Of a stretch of 64,000 nt of DNA, positions 1-14,773 are shown piece after piece. This stretch comes from Octopus vulgaris (taxonomy: Eukaryota), in assembly GCA_951406725.2 (NCBI GenBank), contig OX597843.1, positions 18,538,001-18,602,000 of the forward strand. The letters run 5' to 3'. How positions within the stretch are numbered: the first letter of the stretch is position 1; each line of letters begins with the position of its first letter. A program made the translations under genes and the position numbers. The notes beneath the pieces are model-generated. The model did not search any database. It was given only the letters and a program-made list of their open reading frames with translations, and had not been told where the DNA came from.

Positions 1-800
1 TTGACAAAATATTAATTACCAGTAATTTGGCAGTTGTATGTCTACATTACTGATTTTTAAAGAGTTGCATAACATATCCACAACACTTTGTAATGCAGAG
101 TATCTTGGTAAAGAGTATCATTGTAAAGGGTCACTGTTGTTGTTGTTGTTGTTGTCATTGCTGTTCTTAATAGTTTATACTCTGGATGGTTCCTTTAAGA
201 TGTACGAAACTACCATTCTCAATGTAATGCATAGGAATTCCTCCAGTGTTGATGCGAAGGGGATAGAGATCATCAGAATCATCTCTCTTGAATTAAACGT
301 CTTCAGTTGTGTTGAGACATTCTTGCTATTCAGATGTTAAACGTTTGGTCTCTTCACGATTCTGTTACAAGTTCTCTCCTCCTCTGCATGGTCTTTGTTC
401 ACCTGAGACTTTCATGTCAATAATACACATGTAACCAGATATCTGTAAGTTAAAAAGCACCTCTCCTCCTATTTACAACAATAAAGCATTCCCCTCTCTA
501 TGGTAAATATTTCAGCCTAAAGGAAATGCCGAAGTAAATGAACATGCTAGTTCCCTCTACACCAGTTCCGGCATCACCTGACAACACAAAGTCGTTGATT
601 AGTCCATAAGTAAATAAGATTAAATAGTCAGGACATTGATGCTGTTTCTGTTAGTGTCGGCGTTGCCTGGGACATTATCAATGCAGCATACAATAGTTCT
701 CATCTACACCAGTCTTATACACACTCGTTACATGAGTGTTAACTAACATATAAGAGAGGAGGTGAAGGAAGAGCTAAACTCTTGTTTGTTTCTCTTGTAG

Positions 801-916
801 GATATCTACCAGAATGAAGGCGAGACAGAAAATGCCTTTTCTATCACATCTAACATTGGCTCTGGAATATCACTTGCCTTTCTCATTCTTACAATAATAA
901 TTCATGTTTGTTTCAG
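801..916 (+). CDS. Adhesion GPCR gene A, post-GPS linker/TM1 exon (DIYQNEGETENAFSITSNIGSGISLAFLILTIIIHVCFR)
   Basis: tctcttgtag| acceptor, |gtaagt donor, open frame, phase 0->2; resembles the aGPCR TM1 motif LSxIxxIGCxISL. Confidence 0.88.
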
Positions 917-1232
917 GTAAGTATTTCAATTTCTATTTTCTTTTATAAACTGTTCAAATACAGAGAAACAACATCTGTCAGTTCGTGGGGTTTTCACAGG
1001 CTGATCAGATCGATGCAGGTCGAGGAAAGAGTTCCAGAATATTGTCACTTTGATGAAGAGTAACTCGATAAATATTATAGAGTAGAATTTTTAAGTGACA
1101 CACTGTAATGATGACACGAGATAAAGGAGTGGGGCGGAATAATCTATCTCGAGTGTTCAAGTAGAATTAATTTATAGCTTTGCAATTCAGAAAAAGTAGA
1201 GGAAAAGAGTAGTGGCAGAAGTGACTCCGTCT

Positions 1233-1330
1233 CTTCTTCTTCTTCTTCTTCTTCTTCTTCTTCTTCTTCTTCTTCTTCTTCTTCTTCTTCTTCTTCTTCT
1301 TCTTCTTCTTCTTCTTCTTCTTCTTCTTCT
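1233..1330. repeat. (TTC)n microsatellite
   Basis: Direct reading; source of the poly-E ORF. Confidence 0.95.
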
Positions 1331-1928
1331 ACCACCACTCCACCAATTATAAAATTATGTTCACGCGCTTGATTCGCAATTTGTGCAATCTTTCTCGTAT
1401 ATTCTGACTAATTTTCCTTTGTACTCTTTATTCTTCTAACCCTCGCTCAGTAAACAAACTCAGAGTAACACCAATCGCTCGCCGAGACAATATTAGATTT
1501 CATGAAGATATCTGGTATTATGTAGACTAAACTTACCCACATTAATCCCTCTCTTTTAAACAAAACACAAAAGTGGCTCACCCCCTATGTGGTCATTTAG
1601 TATGCTAGAAAGAGCATGTATCCAGAGTCTGTAGCATAACAAATGGCCGTTTCAACAAATTCACATCTCATAATTTTATTTTTTATTTTGAATTAAGCCA
1701 GAATCTCTGAAAAATTTCCTTTTTTGAAAAACATACACATTTAATAAATTCCAGAAGGAAAAAGGTGGAATAGGCCTCAAAAATTATTTTTCGAACATAA
1801 TTGTATTGAACATCATGAAAACGATTTCCAATATAATCGCAATCGACGTCATCTGAAATTTATTTGATGAAAATTTTATTAAAAAGTATCAGAGTTGTTC
1901 ATTGGAAAGGGTTTTGTGGTGTGAATGA

Positions 1929-2162
1929 AGGCAGCGAGCTGGCAGAATCGTTAGCACGCCGGGCGAAATGCGTAGCCGTATTTCGTCTGCCCTTACGTTC
2001 AGAGTTCAAATTCAGCCGAGGTCGACTTTGCCTTTCATCCTTTCGGAGTCGATAAATTAAGTACCAGTTACGCACTGGGATCGATGTAATCGACTTAATC
2101 CGTGTATCTGTCCTTGTTTGTCTTCTCTGTGTTTAGCCCCTTGAGGGTTGTAAAGAAACAGG
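1929..2162 (+). mobile_element. tRNA-derived SINE family 1 (Meta/MESC-like core); other copies ~3395-3575+, 16740-16940-, 28225-28340-, 34160-34360-, 35430-35820- (x2), 50850-50975-, 60135-60450+
   Basis: Box A tggcagaatcg, box B gttcaaattc, core gtcgactttgcctttcatcctttcgg.gtcgataaattaagtaccag recurring. Confidence 0.85.
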
Positions 2163-3038
2163 TGTGAATAGTATTTGTGGATAGATGGAGGGAGGAGAGA
2201 TGTGTATAATTAGAAAGAGAAGATCGGTCAAATTTAAAACAGGAAAAGAAAATGAGAGGAAGAAAGACGGAAAAAAGAAGAAAAAAGAAATAATATACTC
2301 TCGCTCATTTGGGGGTATATGTACATACCCAGATAGGGATGTGTGTGAGAATGTGTGTATGTGTGGGCCTGTGTGTGCATGTGTGTAGCTATCTGACAAA
2401 TGAATACTAAATGTCAGATTAAGAAATCCACATGTGTAGCCGTCCATGATGAACAAATCTGAAATACGACTAAGTTGAGGACCAATCTCACTAAAGTGCC
2501 ACATTGTACCATATACTATCATTAATAACAGGCCGACAAACACTCCCCCACGGCAAACATCATGGGTTTTTCAGCCGCTAAATTCAAACCACGACAAAAG
2601 AGGAGATGGCCTTGAAGTCAACGATTTAAAAGTAACGGAGACAACACACTTATATCGCCCGAGGAAACACAAATATATCTTATTATGCAAATAAACAGTT
2701 GCATAATCAAATACCTGTATTCTTGGAGAAATAGTTTGCGTCGAAACAATTGTAGGGAATAATATAATGAAATCTGAAAGGTTGGATATTCCACTCCTCG
2801 TGGCAAGTTTTCTGTACCCCTTATACTATTTCTATATTCTTTACGTCTTGCCGACGCAGAGCTGCTAAATTATAGCCTGACTATACAGATAAAATATTTA
2901 TTGATTATAAGATACCCTTTATTTTCTAACTGAGTCAACCACCAATACACACAGTCGTAGTTATTATTTATGCATTGATTGATTTTTTTAGAGTTTGTTT
3001 CAATAAATGAAATACTATTTGCTTTTTTATTATTTCAG

Positions 3039-3159
3039 AAATCCATGGGATTTAATGAGTTCAAAGGTTTTAGTAAGCCTGTGCTCTTCTTTGGCTGTCA
3101 CTAATTTTATCTTCCTTGTCGGGATGCAATCATACGTACAAACAATGGCTGGTTGTAAG
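3039..3159 (+). CDS. Adhesion GPCR gene A, ICL1-TM2-ECL1 exon (NPWDLMSSKVLVSLCSSLAVTNFIFLVGMQSYVQTMAGCK)
   Basis: tatttcag| and |gtaagc, phase 2->0 matches neighbours; TM2 motif and conserved TM3-proximal Cys. Confidence 0.9.
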
Positions 3160-3308
3160 GTAAGCCATTATATATTTTGTCTTTTATTAAGTGTTATGAA
3201 CAACAGTCTATTACTTCAAATGCATTTTAACATCTATTAACCTATGTTACAGCTCTTTCCAACATTTTTTCCAGTTTCAAAGAATTTGCAGTCTTCTATT
3301 TACCCCAA

Positions 3309-3381
<73 letters not shown>

Positions 3382-3867
3382 ATTATTATTATTAAGGCGG
3401 CGAGCTGGAAGAAACATGAGCACGCCGGTCTTTACGTTCTATGTTCAAATTCTTCGTCTTTCATCCGTCTGAGTTTCCGAGTTCGATACTTTAAGTACCA
3501 GTGAAACACTGGGGAAGATGTAATCGATTCATCCCCTCTTCCCAAATGTCAGGCCTTGTGTCTTTAGTAGAAAGGATTATTATTATCATTATGAATATTT
3601 TACTTCTCAGAGTTGTCGGTCTTACTCGTTCATCTAATTCTGTGAGAACGGACAGTGTTGGGTCGGTAAAAGCACCAAGCGAAATACCTTAAGTTTTGTG
3701 TTAAATCTTCAGCAGGAGTCTATTTTGGGCTCCATCCGTTCTGGGTTCGTAAACCTAAGATACCAATGAAGTACTGACATTGAGATAGTTAACCATATAC
3801 CACCAGAACAATATCTATTGAAGACCATGTAACTCTCTTAGAAATCATTAACCTGTTGTTGCTGTTG

Positions 3868-4965
<1,098 letters not shown>

Positions 4966-4987
4966 TTATTATTATTACTATTATTAC

Positions 4988-5023
<36 letters not shown>

Positions 5024-5043
5024 CATTATTATTATTATTATTA

Positions 5044-5087
<44 letters not shown>

Positions 5088-5091
5088 GTAG

Positions 5092-5233
5092 GCAGTGGCT
5101 GCCCTCTTACATTACTTCCTTCTGACATCTGTCATGTGGATGACTGTTGAAGCTTTCCATGTCTATCTAAGTGTGGTCGTTGTATTCAAAACATGTCAGA
5201 CGTGTTTTATGAAGAGTTCCATTTTTTCCTGGG
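5092..5233 (+). CDS. Adhesion GPCR gene A, TM3-ICL2-TM4 start exon (AVAALLHYFLLTSVMWMTVEAFHVYLSVVVVFKTCQTCFMKSSIFSWG)
   Basis: LLHYFLL..xWMxVEA is the family-B/aGPCR TM3 signature; tgtag| and |gtatgt, phase 0->1. Confidence 0.93.
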
Positions 5234-5321
5234 GTATGTATAAAGTCTTTCTGGTTTTCTGTCTAAAAAATTTATATCTTACACACATGTTCTTTTTCTC
5301 TCCTTCTCTCTTGCTCTCTTT

Positions 5322-5357
<36 letters not shown>

Positions 5358-7052
5358 CTTTCTCTCTCTCTGTTACACACACACACACACACAAACTTAT
5401 TTAAATATTGTATTTGAAATTACTCGATCGGATAAGGTCCAGTCCAATGATTCGAAACCAGTATATTTCTCGGACTTATTCATTTCATTGGTCAAAAGTG
5501 TCCAAAGGAAAAGCTAACCGAGACTGGAATTCAAGTCTGGATATTAAACACTATTAACCATGTTTCTTTAAGTAGATATCATCCAAATGGGTTCCCTCTA
5601 TTTCTTCGTATTATTTTGATATAACTTTACAGGGAGCATTCACAATCACATCTAGGATATTGCTCTCTGTACTAAATCCTCGACGTTATTGTCAATCTTA
5701 CAATATTTAGAAGCACTTTTGAAGCTAGAAGTGATAATCCCGTTGCTTTAAATAGCCTCGGTTTAGATTACAGGTCTGCCTCACAGTAAAACTCAGGAGC
5801 GATGAACTTTGAGTGAAAACATCCCTACCCTACTGTTGTAGTTCGAAGCTACTTCACAATTGATTTAGTAGATCTATAATTGACAATGTTCTGTCATTAT
5901 ATTATTCAACTTATTCTTCCATTTAGCAAGACTAAAGAATGGGATCTAAAAAAGTTTAGCTACTATTTCTAACACGTCGAAGAAAGGATAGAAACTTAGT
6001 CTTTTTCTGATAGTTTGAATTTTGTAATATCATTGTGTAAATGTCCAGGTTATGGTGGATGACTATATATCGTGCGTTGAAAGTAGAGTGAGATTCTAAG
6101 CTACAATCCACATGAACCCATGGAAACATGGACTGGGAGTTCTGGTGGACTCATATCGAATGCTAAACATTCTCAGCTAATATTTTCCTTCCGATGAAGT
6201 AAAAAGATTACGCAGTAGATTCGAAGCTGCCAAATATCTGCTTCACTCGGTCTCTTTGCTTGTATAATTTGTTGAGAGTTATATTATATCGCTCATCTTG
6301 ATTTGACGAAGAATTTAGATAAGCCTGAAGGCTGTGGGCCTAATATTATATTTAGACGAAACTGCTTGTGGAAAGAAGATTAATTTTTTATTGATCAACG
6401 TAGTAATTCAGTCACGAATAAAGACAAATGAATGATTTGATTCTTATTAGAAAGGTAATGGGTTAGATATTCATGATTTGGGACTGCTAAACTGGTGAGA
6501 TTTTGGAAGTAGTTGACACGAGATGTAAACACGTAGATACAACGTGGATGAATGAAATGTAATATTTATACAACAGTGATAAAATGTAAGCTATGGACAA
6601 CTAAAGCACTCCTCCCTGTTCTAGCCTGTTGGGTAGTCTAAAGTTGTTTGAATTTCCATGCAAAAATGCCTACCGTCTGATCTCGTCTCTATACGAAACC
6701 TCAGAGTCATCTATTTTGCACTTTAACCGGTCATACGAAGCAATATGTGAAGAAGTAGGTGACAGTGGATTCTGTTGTCCCTCATGCCATTTAATCTTCA
6801 ACCCTTGTCCAGAACATTTAAGATTTTATCACTTTTTGTTTCTCATTGAAACATATTGTTGAAAGAATCCAAGAATCAAAAGAATCAAATGGCAAGAAGT
6901 GACGAAATGAAATATTGATTTGTCTTGAACTCGACATTTTTTTTGAACGAAAACATTGTCAACAAAATCCATTCAAATGTCATATAATAATGATTGTAAA
7001 TATTAATTAATATCTAGAGATTTGTATTCATTTCTGTAAATGTCGTTTTCAG

Positions 7053-7125
7053 GTATTCCAGCAGTCATCGTTATAATTACCCTGGCAATTAACTCCACGG
7101 ACAATTACATCAAAATCGCAGAGGT
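7053..7125 (+). CDS. Adhesion GPCR gene A, TM4-ECL2 exon (IPAVIVIITLAINSTDNYIKIAEV)
   Basis: gttttcag| and |gtaagt, phase 1->2; completes the WGxP motif across the junction. Confidence 0.9.
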
Positions 7126-8414
7126 GTAAGTATTTCTCTTTTTCGTTCACCTCATTTTCTCTGCTCTTCACAACTAATATTATTGCTAGATTTATTTACT
7201 CTGTAGCAAGTAGCCATTTTAGCTATTTTGAAATACGGCGCGAATGCTATATTTATATAATAAAACTAATTAAGAAAATGTTTCTCTTCACGTGCATTTC
7301 TGTAATCATTAAATTATATTTTCTTATAGCGGTTAAATGAACACGAAGAAAATATTATACATACATGTCGTTAATATTCATAGCGTTTCATAAGTATATT
7401 TCTCTATGGCGTTATATACTGTAGTTCGGATTTGTGTATAATGATAACACTTAAGTTATAAGTAACGTTCAGCCATTATATTCACCCTTACTCAAAAAAG
7501 CCAAATAAAATAATTTATTTCCCAATAGAAAACAGTAAATAGCATTACATTAATGTAACAAAACTAAATAGAGAATATACTATAATAATATAAGCTAAGA
7601 GAAAGCTCAAGGTAGCTTAATAACCGCTATAACTCCTTTAGTATTGTAGAATAGTAGGTCAGCTAGCATCAAGCCAGGACTTTGGTTGCTGGTAGTAAAC
7701 CTACTTCAATATCATTGTTAATGCTTTTGTTCTGCGACTCATGAATATCAATGATGTCAATTGCGCTTCCCCTCAATTTAATAAGAACAAATATTTACCG
7801 ATGAAAGCAACAGACAAAAATACGAACAAAACATCGAATGTTCTTCACCTTTAGAATACAGGACAAATTGCATTAATAACTAATTATTATTTTTCTATTT
7901 ATGCTAACATTAGATTTGTTCTTGAAACAAGCAGTATTCCCTCCAACAGTGGCTTCGTTAAAGAAACCACGAACCCTTCCTTTTATCATCGCTAATGTGA
8001 AGGACAGAGTCAAAGACGAGAAGTTGAATAGTTATCAACACTGACCTACATGAGGTAGAAGTTTTTCAAAGACGCGACGGGCAAGGAAAGTGTCCACTAC
8101 CATCACGACCCACAATAGATATTTGCCGTATTCCCACTGTCCGGGTGCATACCACTGGCTCTGCTTGAGTCTAACCATTCAAGAATTATGAAGAAACATT
8201 AACGCGACTCAACGAAAGTTAAATGAATAAATTGACTACAATATGACGAGGAAAACAGTAATCATTGGTTTTATTGGACAAATTGTGAAGAGTTTCCGCC
8301 AGCCTAAGGACTAACGCATTGATATGGAATTAGTTGGCGCACTAGTGCCATTACCTGCCAGGCGAATCTAATATGACGGTCTTCATTGCTAAATACGTTC
8401 CTCAAATGTACTTC

Positions 8415-9680
8415 TTAATCCCTTTTGCCCCTTGTGGAGCGTAGGGCCTCAGCAGTTGTTTTCCACCTTTTGCGGTCATTGGCGTGTTTCTTGGCTGCTT
8501 CCCATGTCAGGCCGGTGGTCCTGAGCTCGTCCAAAATGCTCCGCTTCCATGTCTGCTTCAGGCATCCTCGCTTCCTTTTTCCCCTGCGGGTTCCAGTCAA
8601 GTGCTTGTCGTGTCACATTTGAGGGTTCTTTCCGCAGTGTGTCCCCGATCCATCTCCATTTCCTTTGTCTAATCTGAACATGTATGGGCTCCTGGTTGGC
8701 CCTTTCCCACAGGTCGATGTTTGACACTCAGATGAAGGATCTGCCGGAGACACTTGCCGATGAAGGTCTGGATCCTTTTGTACTTGCTGCAGGTGGCTCT
8801 CCCTGTTTCAGAGCCATACAAAAGCACAGATTTTACGTTTGAACTAAATAAGCAGAGTTTAGCTCGAGTTGAGATGGTAGTGGACTTCCATACCGGCCGA
8901 AGAATAGCGAAGGCTTGCCAAGCCTTCTTGCCGTGATGTCCTCGTCTGATCCAACTGATTTGCTGATCTTGCTGCCAAAATAGACAAACTCACTAACGTC
9001 CTCCACAGGTTCCCCCTCGATTGTGATTGGCTCTTCCTGCTTGTTGTTGATACGCAGCACTTTTGTCTTTTCCCGACTGATCCTCAAGCCCACTAACCGT
9101 GAAGTTTCTGTCAGGTGGTCTACCTTATCTTGCATGTCTTGCAGGCAATGTGACAGTAGTGCGAGATCATCTACGTAGTCCAAATCCTCCTACTTGTTCA
9201 TCAGTGTCCACTAAATATCTTTCCCGGAGGTATCGTAAGCCCTCCCGGTGACCCAGTCTAGCATGACGAGGAACAGGAGCGGGAACAACAAACAGCCCTG
9301 TCTGACTCCCGTGCTGACCCTGAATTTCTCCGACAATCTCCCAGTATGGATAACCTGGCACGATAACTCCTCGTAGAGTAATCGAATAAGGCCCACGATC
9401 TTCTTTGGCACACCACAGTGTCGTAAGATGTCCCAGATTGTCTGCATGTCTACGCTGTCAAATGCTTTTTTCAAAGTCGACGAAGCACACATAGAGTGAC
9501 GTTTGCCATTTCATTGTCTGCTCCACGCTGACGACTCTGAGCGTCGCAGTATGGTCCGTGCATGATCTCTCCTTTCTGAAACCTGCTGGGCTCATCTCTG
9601 AGTTGCTTGCCAATGGTATCTTTCAATCGCTGCAGGATGATTCTTGTAAGGACATTGCTTGGAATGGAAAGCAAGGTAAT
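8415..9680 (-). mobile_element. RTE-type LINE reverse transcriptase fragment (5'-truncated, frameshifted)
   Basis: KAFDSVD, GVRQGCLL, LDYVDDLALL, FVYFGS, RKWRWIG, GKRKRG..KQTW. Confidence 0.9.
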
Positions 9681-9998
9681 TTTCAATGTAAACTAATGAC
9701 AAATCACAAATATAGAGCTAACTTTAGTGATGAAGAGGCCAACGGATGACTTGTGAGCTATCTTCAACTATAATTGTACTAGCGATGCTTACTTTTAATA
9801 ACTTCATATTCTCACTGGGAATTCTTTTATTCTTTTACTTGTTCCACTCATTTGACTGCGACCATGCTGGAGCATCACCTTTAGTCGAGCAAATCGAGGA
9901 CTTATTCTTTGAAAGCCTCGTACTTATTCTATCGGCCTCTTTTGCTGACCACTAAGTTACGGGGCGTAACACCACACAATTGCCAAGGATGGAGCAAA

Positions 9999-10039
<41 letters not shown>

Positions 10040-10041
<2 letters not shown>

Positions 10042-11440
10042 ATAAAACGGTAGATAACAAGAAAGAAAGGCTAATATTATGTAAATAAGGAAATTTATCA
10101 TAAAACAGGTCAGATAAAACTTGGTTTACGAAGTGAACCACCTCTTCGGCTATTTAACGTTATACGAAATTATCTTGTTTGCTGCGTATTATACAGCTCC
10201 ATTTTCGTCAAAAATTATAAAAATACATAAAATATATAAAAATATAAAATATAAATTCAATCCGTTTCGGGACCCAGTCCGTGGGCATGATAGTGAAAAT
10301 TTCACAAAATTTCCTTCATTGAGTATAATTTTCTTAAAGACCAAATATGATTGGATAATGTGTTTTCTTGTTCCAGTCTAAAGCTCAAGTGTTATTAATA
10401 TTTCTGTATAGTTTACGTATAGATATTCTTTATTCCTGGAACAGCTGTTTTTTCTTGTGTTTGTATTAGTTATTATGTTTTAAATTGTAGTTGAATAACA
10501 ATTTATTGTGTCTATTGAAGAGTTTCCTAAGCATGGTTAACTGAAAATGTCTATTATACCCGTGGAAGGGCGTAAACAGATGACCCCTATTTTATTATTC
10601 CTTTTCCTTATTTTGGCGTAGGTGTTTTTATTTTTCTAAACATATCTTTAGCTTTATTATAATGGGAACGCTATGAAGATGTCCTCATGAGAGCTAGAAA
10701 TTACTAATTTTTAACTAAATTTTGAATACTATGGGATGGATGAACCTTTAATAACATATATACTAAGTCCAGTGTTTCATTAACTGGATAATATCTCCTA
10801 AACGATCTTGTGCTGGTCCATGTTAGCTGTTAAGGCGAGGGCATATATATATATATATATAGGCCCTCCGTGTCGGTGTTTTACTTGCATTCTCACTGAA
10901 AATTGTCTTTCTAGCATGAAGATTATATCTTATCATTACTAATTTCTGAAGTCACTACGAATTAGGCTTATCTAGCAGTTCTTTAGAGATGAGGCTAAAT
11001 AACAATATCAATTGTGTTTAGGAAAAAATAAATATACACCTATCCCAGCAATAAGGAAGGAATAATAGAAATAGGAAGGTCATCTGGTTTACCCATACGA
11101 GTGGCTTCAATATGGTAAATATTTCTAGCACTGATAGATAGACATTTTCAGTTAACCATGCTATAGAACTTCAATAGACACAATTTAAAAATTAGTTTTA
11201 GTTCAACTACAATTTAAAACATAATCAATCATAAATACAAAAACCAAGAAAACGTTTCATGCAAAATGTCTAAATATATACATGTAGACGGATAAAAGTG
11301 TTATGTCTTATATTATATATTTTATATATTTTATGTATTTTTATATAATTTTATGAAAAATGAATATATAGCACAATTACGAGTAATTTCCCTTCATTTT
11401 AGTATTTTCATAACGTTTCAAATAATACGAGATTTTGTGG
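10040..11440. mobile_element. Degenerate, internally deleted Penelope-like copy with inverted arrangement
   Basis: 10040-10100 resembles 48921-48985; 10300-11000 resembles 46930-48050; 11050-11440 is inverted relative to 10140-10620. Confidence 0.75.
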
Positions 11441-11461
11441 ATATATATACAGTAATGTATA

Positions 11462-11591
<130 letters not shown>

Positions 11592-12413
11592 ATATGTATG
11601 TATGTATCTTTATATATACGCCGGGTTTTTTTTCAGTTTCCATCTCCCAAATCCACTGACAAGGCTTTAACAGGGGCCAAATTGCGGCGCAGTGGGACTG
11701 CACTGGAACCATGCGGCTGGCAAGAAAGGTTCTTGCCCCGCAACCACGCTGTGTTTGTGCGTCGGTATGAATATCTTATGAATTTGCAAACGAATAACCG
11801 CTAACATAATATACGGGTGGATGGTGACATGTATATGGAAGTTCCTGGATATCCATATAAAGAAGGAACCTGGAAAAGAGGAAAACCAAGATATTTATGG
11901 GAAAAAGTGATGAAGATATACCGAGATGTTGACCCTAACAAATATTAAGATGCTGTGCTGGAGAGACCCTTCTAAGCCATGTACGCATAGAAAAACAATG
12001 GAGGAGAAGGATGAGGATGGGATGGTGGTGATGAGGATGATGATGATGACGTTGATGATTAGAAGAAGACATATTTTTATTTTTGACATAAAATTCCTGT
12101 ATGTACATGTGCGTGTATGTGTAAGTATGTATATATATATATATATATAAATTAGAAAAAAAACACATTTTATCAATTCAATAATGAAAGATTAAATTAA
12201 ATTATACCATCTAGAAAATTACATATTATAGAAAGATTAAATATAAGATTTCCCCTCATGCATTCTGAGAAGTGAAAGAGAAGTATATTCAGAATATTTT
12301 CTGAAGATGTGAATTTTCACTTAATGCTCATCAACTAGGCTTACTACTTAAACTAGTTTTATAAATATATTTACCGTTCAGTGCGCGTCCGTTCAGCTGA
12401 TATACATACATAT

Positions 12414-12489
<76 letters not shown>

Positions 12490-12653
12490 TCAAAATAAGC
12501 AACAAGAATAACTTCGGTAATTACCAAATTACCGAAGATATTCTTGTTGCTTATTTTGATTATAATCACCCCATGGATTAATATACACCATACAAAATTC
12601 TGGTGGATCTAACTTAAGTACCATATTCATTTGAATCTAAATTTTGCTGAACT

Positions 12654-12706
<53 letters not shown>

Positions 12707-12876
12707 TACAATTTATTCTACTCATTAACGTACATAATTTGTGGCAAACATGAGAAATGTTTTCGTTTTGATTTGGATCGAAATCTCTTCCCCTTAATAC
12801 TTCTGTGATACTTCATTTTATTGACTGAACTTTTGACAAATTTCTTTCCTTTATTGCCTTTCTATTTTCTTTGTAG

Positions 12877-13265
12877 CTGTTGGTTGTCCGCACCATCTTT
12901 CTATGCTGCTTTCCTGGCTCCTGTTGCGATCAGTCTCATCTTCAACATTATCATGCCTTCTCTCGTTATCTGGCACCTTATAATGATGCAAAGTAATAAG
13001 AGATCTGAGCAGGAAAGAAGTAAAGTACGTGTTCTGGGCCTGGTTGGTTTGCTGTTTTTGTTTGGACTCACATTGGTCTTTGCTTTCTTTGCTGTTAGGG
13101 AAGCAGCAAAAGTGTTTGATTATCTTTTTACTATATTCAATACACTTCAAGGAATGTTTATCTTCGTATTCTATTGTATATACAAGAAAGATACAAGAAA
13201 TATCATCAGGGAGTTTGTAAATGAAAGAAAGAGAATAAATCAATGGAAAATTACCGCCGGCAGAA
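12877..13265 (+). CDS. Adhesion GPCR gene A, ECL2-TM5-TM6-TM7-helix 8 exon
   Basis: ctttgtag| and |gtaagt, phase 2->1; CWL, LFLFGLT, FTIFNTLQGMFIFVFYC motifs (within ORF 12821..13300). Confidence 0.95.
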
Positions 13266-13319
13266 GTAAGTGCGATAGCTTTTTTTTCATTCATTCATAA
13301 TAGGTAGATAGAGACAGAG

Positions 13320-13635
<316 letters not shown>

Positions 13636-14118
13636 ACGGGTGAGTAGACAAATGAAGAAATTTGGATGCATTTTGATGTATTTAAAATGGCAATATGTCA
13701 AACTGTTTTTCACACATTTTTAAACTTCAAAATCCACTCATTCACACTTCTGCGCGACAGAATTGTATACAAGTATTGTGATGAAAGCCTGCAACGGATT
13801 TCAGCCCCTGTCACACCTTCAGGCTAGACAAATCTAATCACTGATCACTGTTCTTCTTTGGTGCACTCAGCCAGAAAGAAAACTGGAGCGATCACAGTCA
13901 AATCTCGGTTACGTAACTAGAAGAGAACCACATTTTTAGCACATGGGCTCACAAGGTGGTGCAGCGAAATGAGGAGAGTTTTGGCGAAAGTGCAGATAAT
14001 TATGTGTGCGTATGAATGAATATATATATATAGAGAGAGAGAGAGAGAAAGAAAGAAACAAAGAAAGGGGAGAAAGAAGTCGGTAAAGTTATATATATAT
14101 ACAAACACACACATACAG

Positions 14119-14161
<43 letters not shown>

Positions 14162-14720
14162 ATATATATATAATGATGCATATATATGTTTCTAGTTATA
14201 TATTCTCATATCTGCGTGAGTCAAAATATTTTGGTTCAAATTCGTAGGAACTCCGAGTTTCAAAGTGTGATGTTAATTCTCAGCCATTGGAAATTTGATG
14301 TTACTGCTAACTTCATTCATACACTTTCTAATCAGTACGAATGACAAAGACATCTTATATATTTTGGTAGCGAAATCTTTGAGTAATATACAAAGATATC
14401 ACCTAAAAGCTTTTCCGGAACGATATAACTAAAATGTATCTAAATCTAATCCAACATATATATATATATATAACATTATCAACGACAATTCACGTGTATT
14501 TGCAGCAAATGTTGCAGGTCCGAAATACAGACATTTCAACGTTGCAAATATTGAATTAGGAATAGGGAGCAAAAGAATTCTAGAAGATATGAACGCCTGA
14601 ATAAGATATGCGACAGAATTAATGCAAAAGAACTAAAAGCCAACCATTATTGACACGTTTAACGATATAGACAAGTTTAGCAATATAATATCTTATATAG
14701 TTTTCTCATTGTGTTTCCAG

Positions 14721-14773
14721 GTTCAAGTTCTGTTAATGAAATAATGGACAAAGCAACAGAAACAAACATATAA
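14721..14773 (+). CDS. Adhesion GPCR gene A, terminal coding exon (SSSSVNEIMDKATETNI*)
   Basis: gtgtttccag| acceptor, phase 1 fits; ends in class I PDZ-type motif ETNI; AATAAA at 14940; same-length paralogous exon at 23794-23846. Confidence 0.85.
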
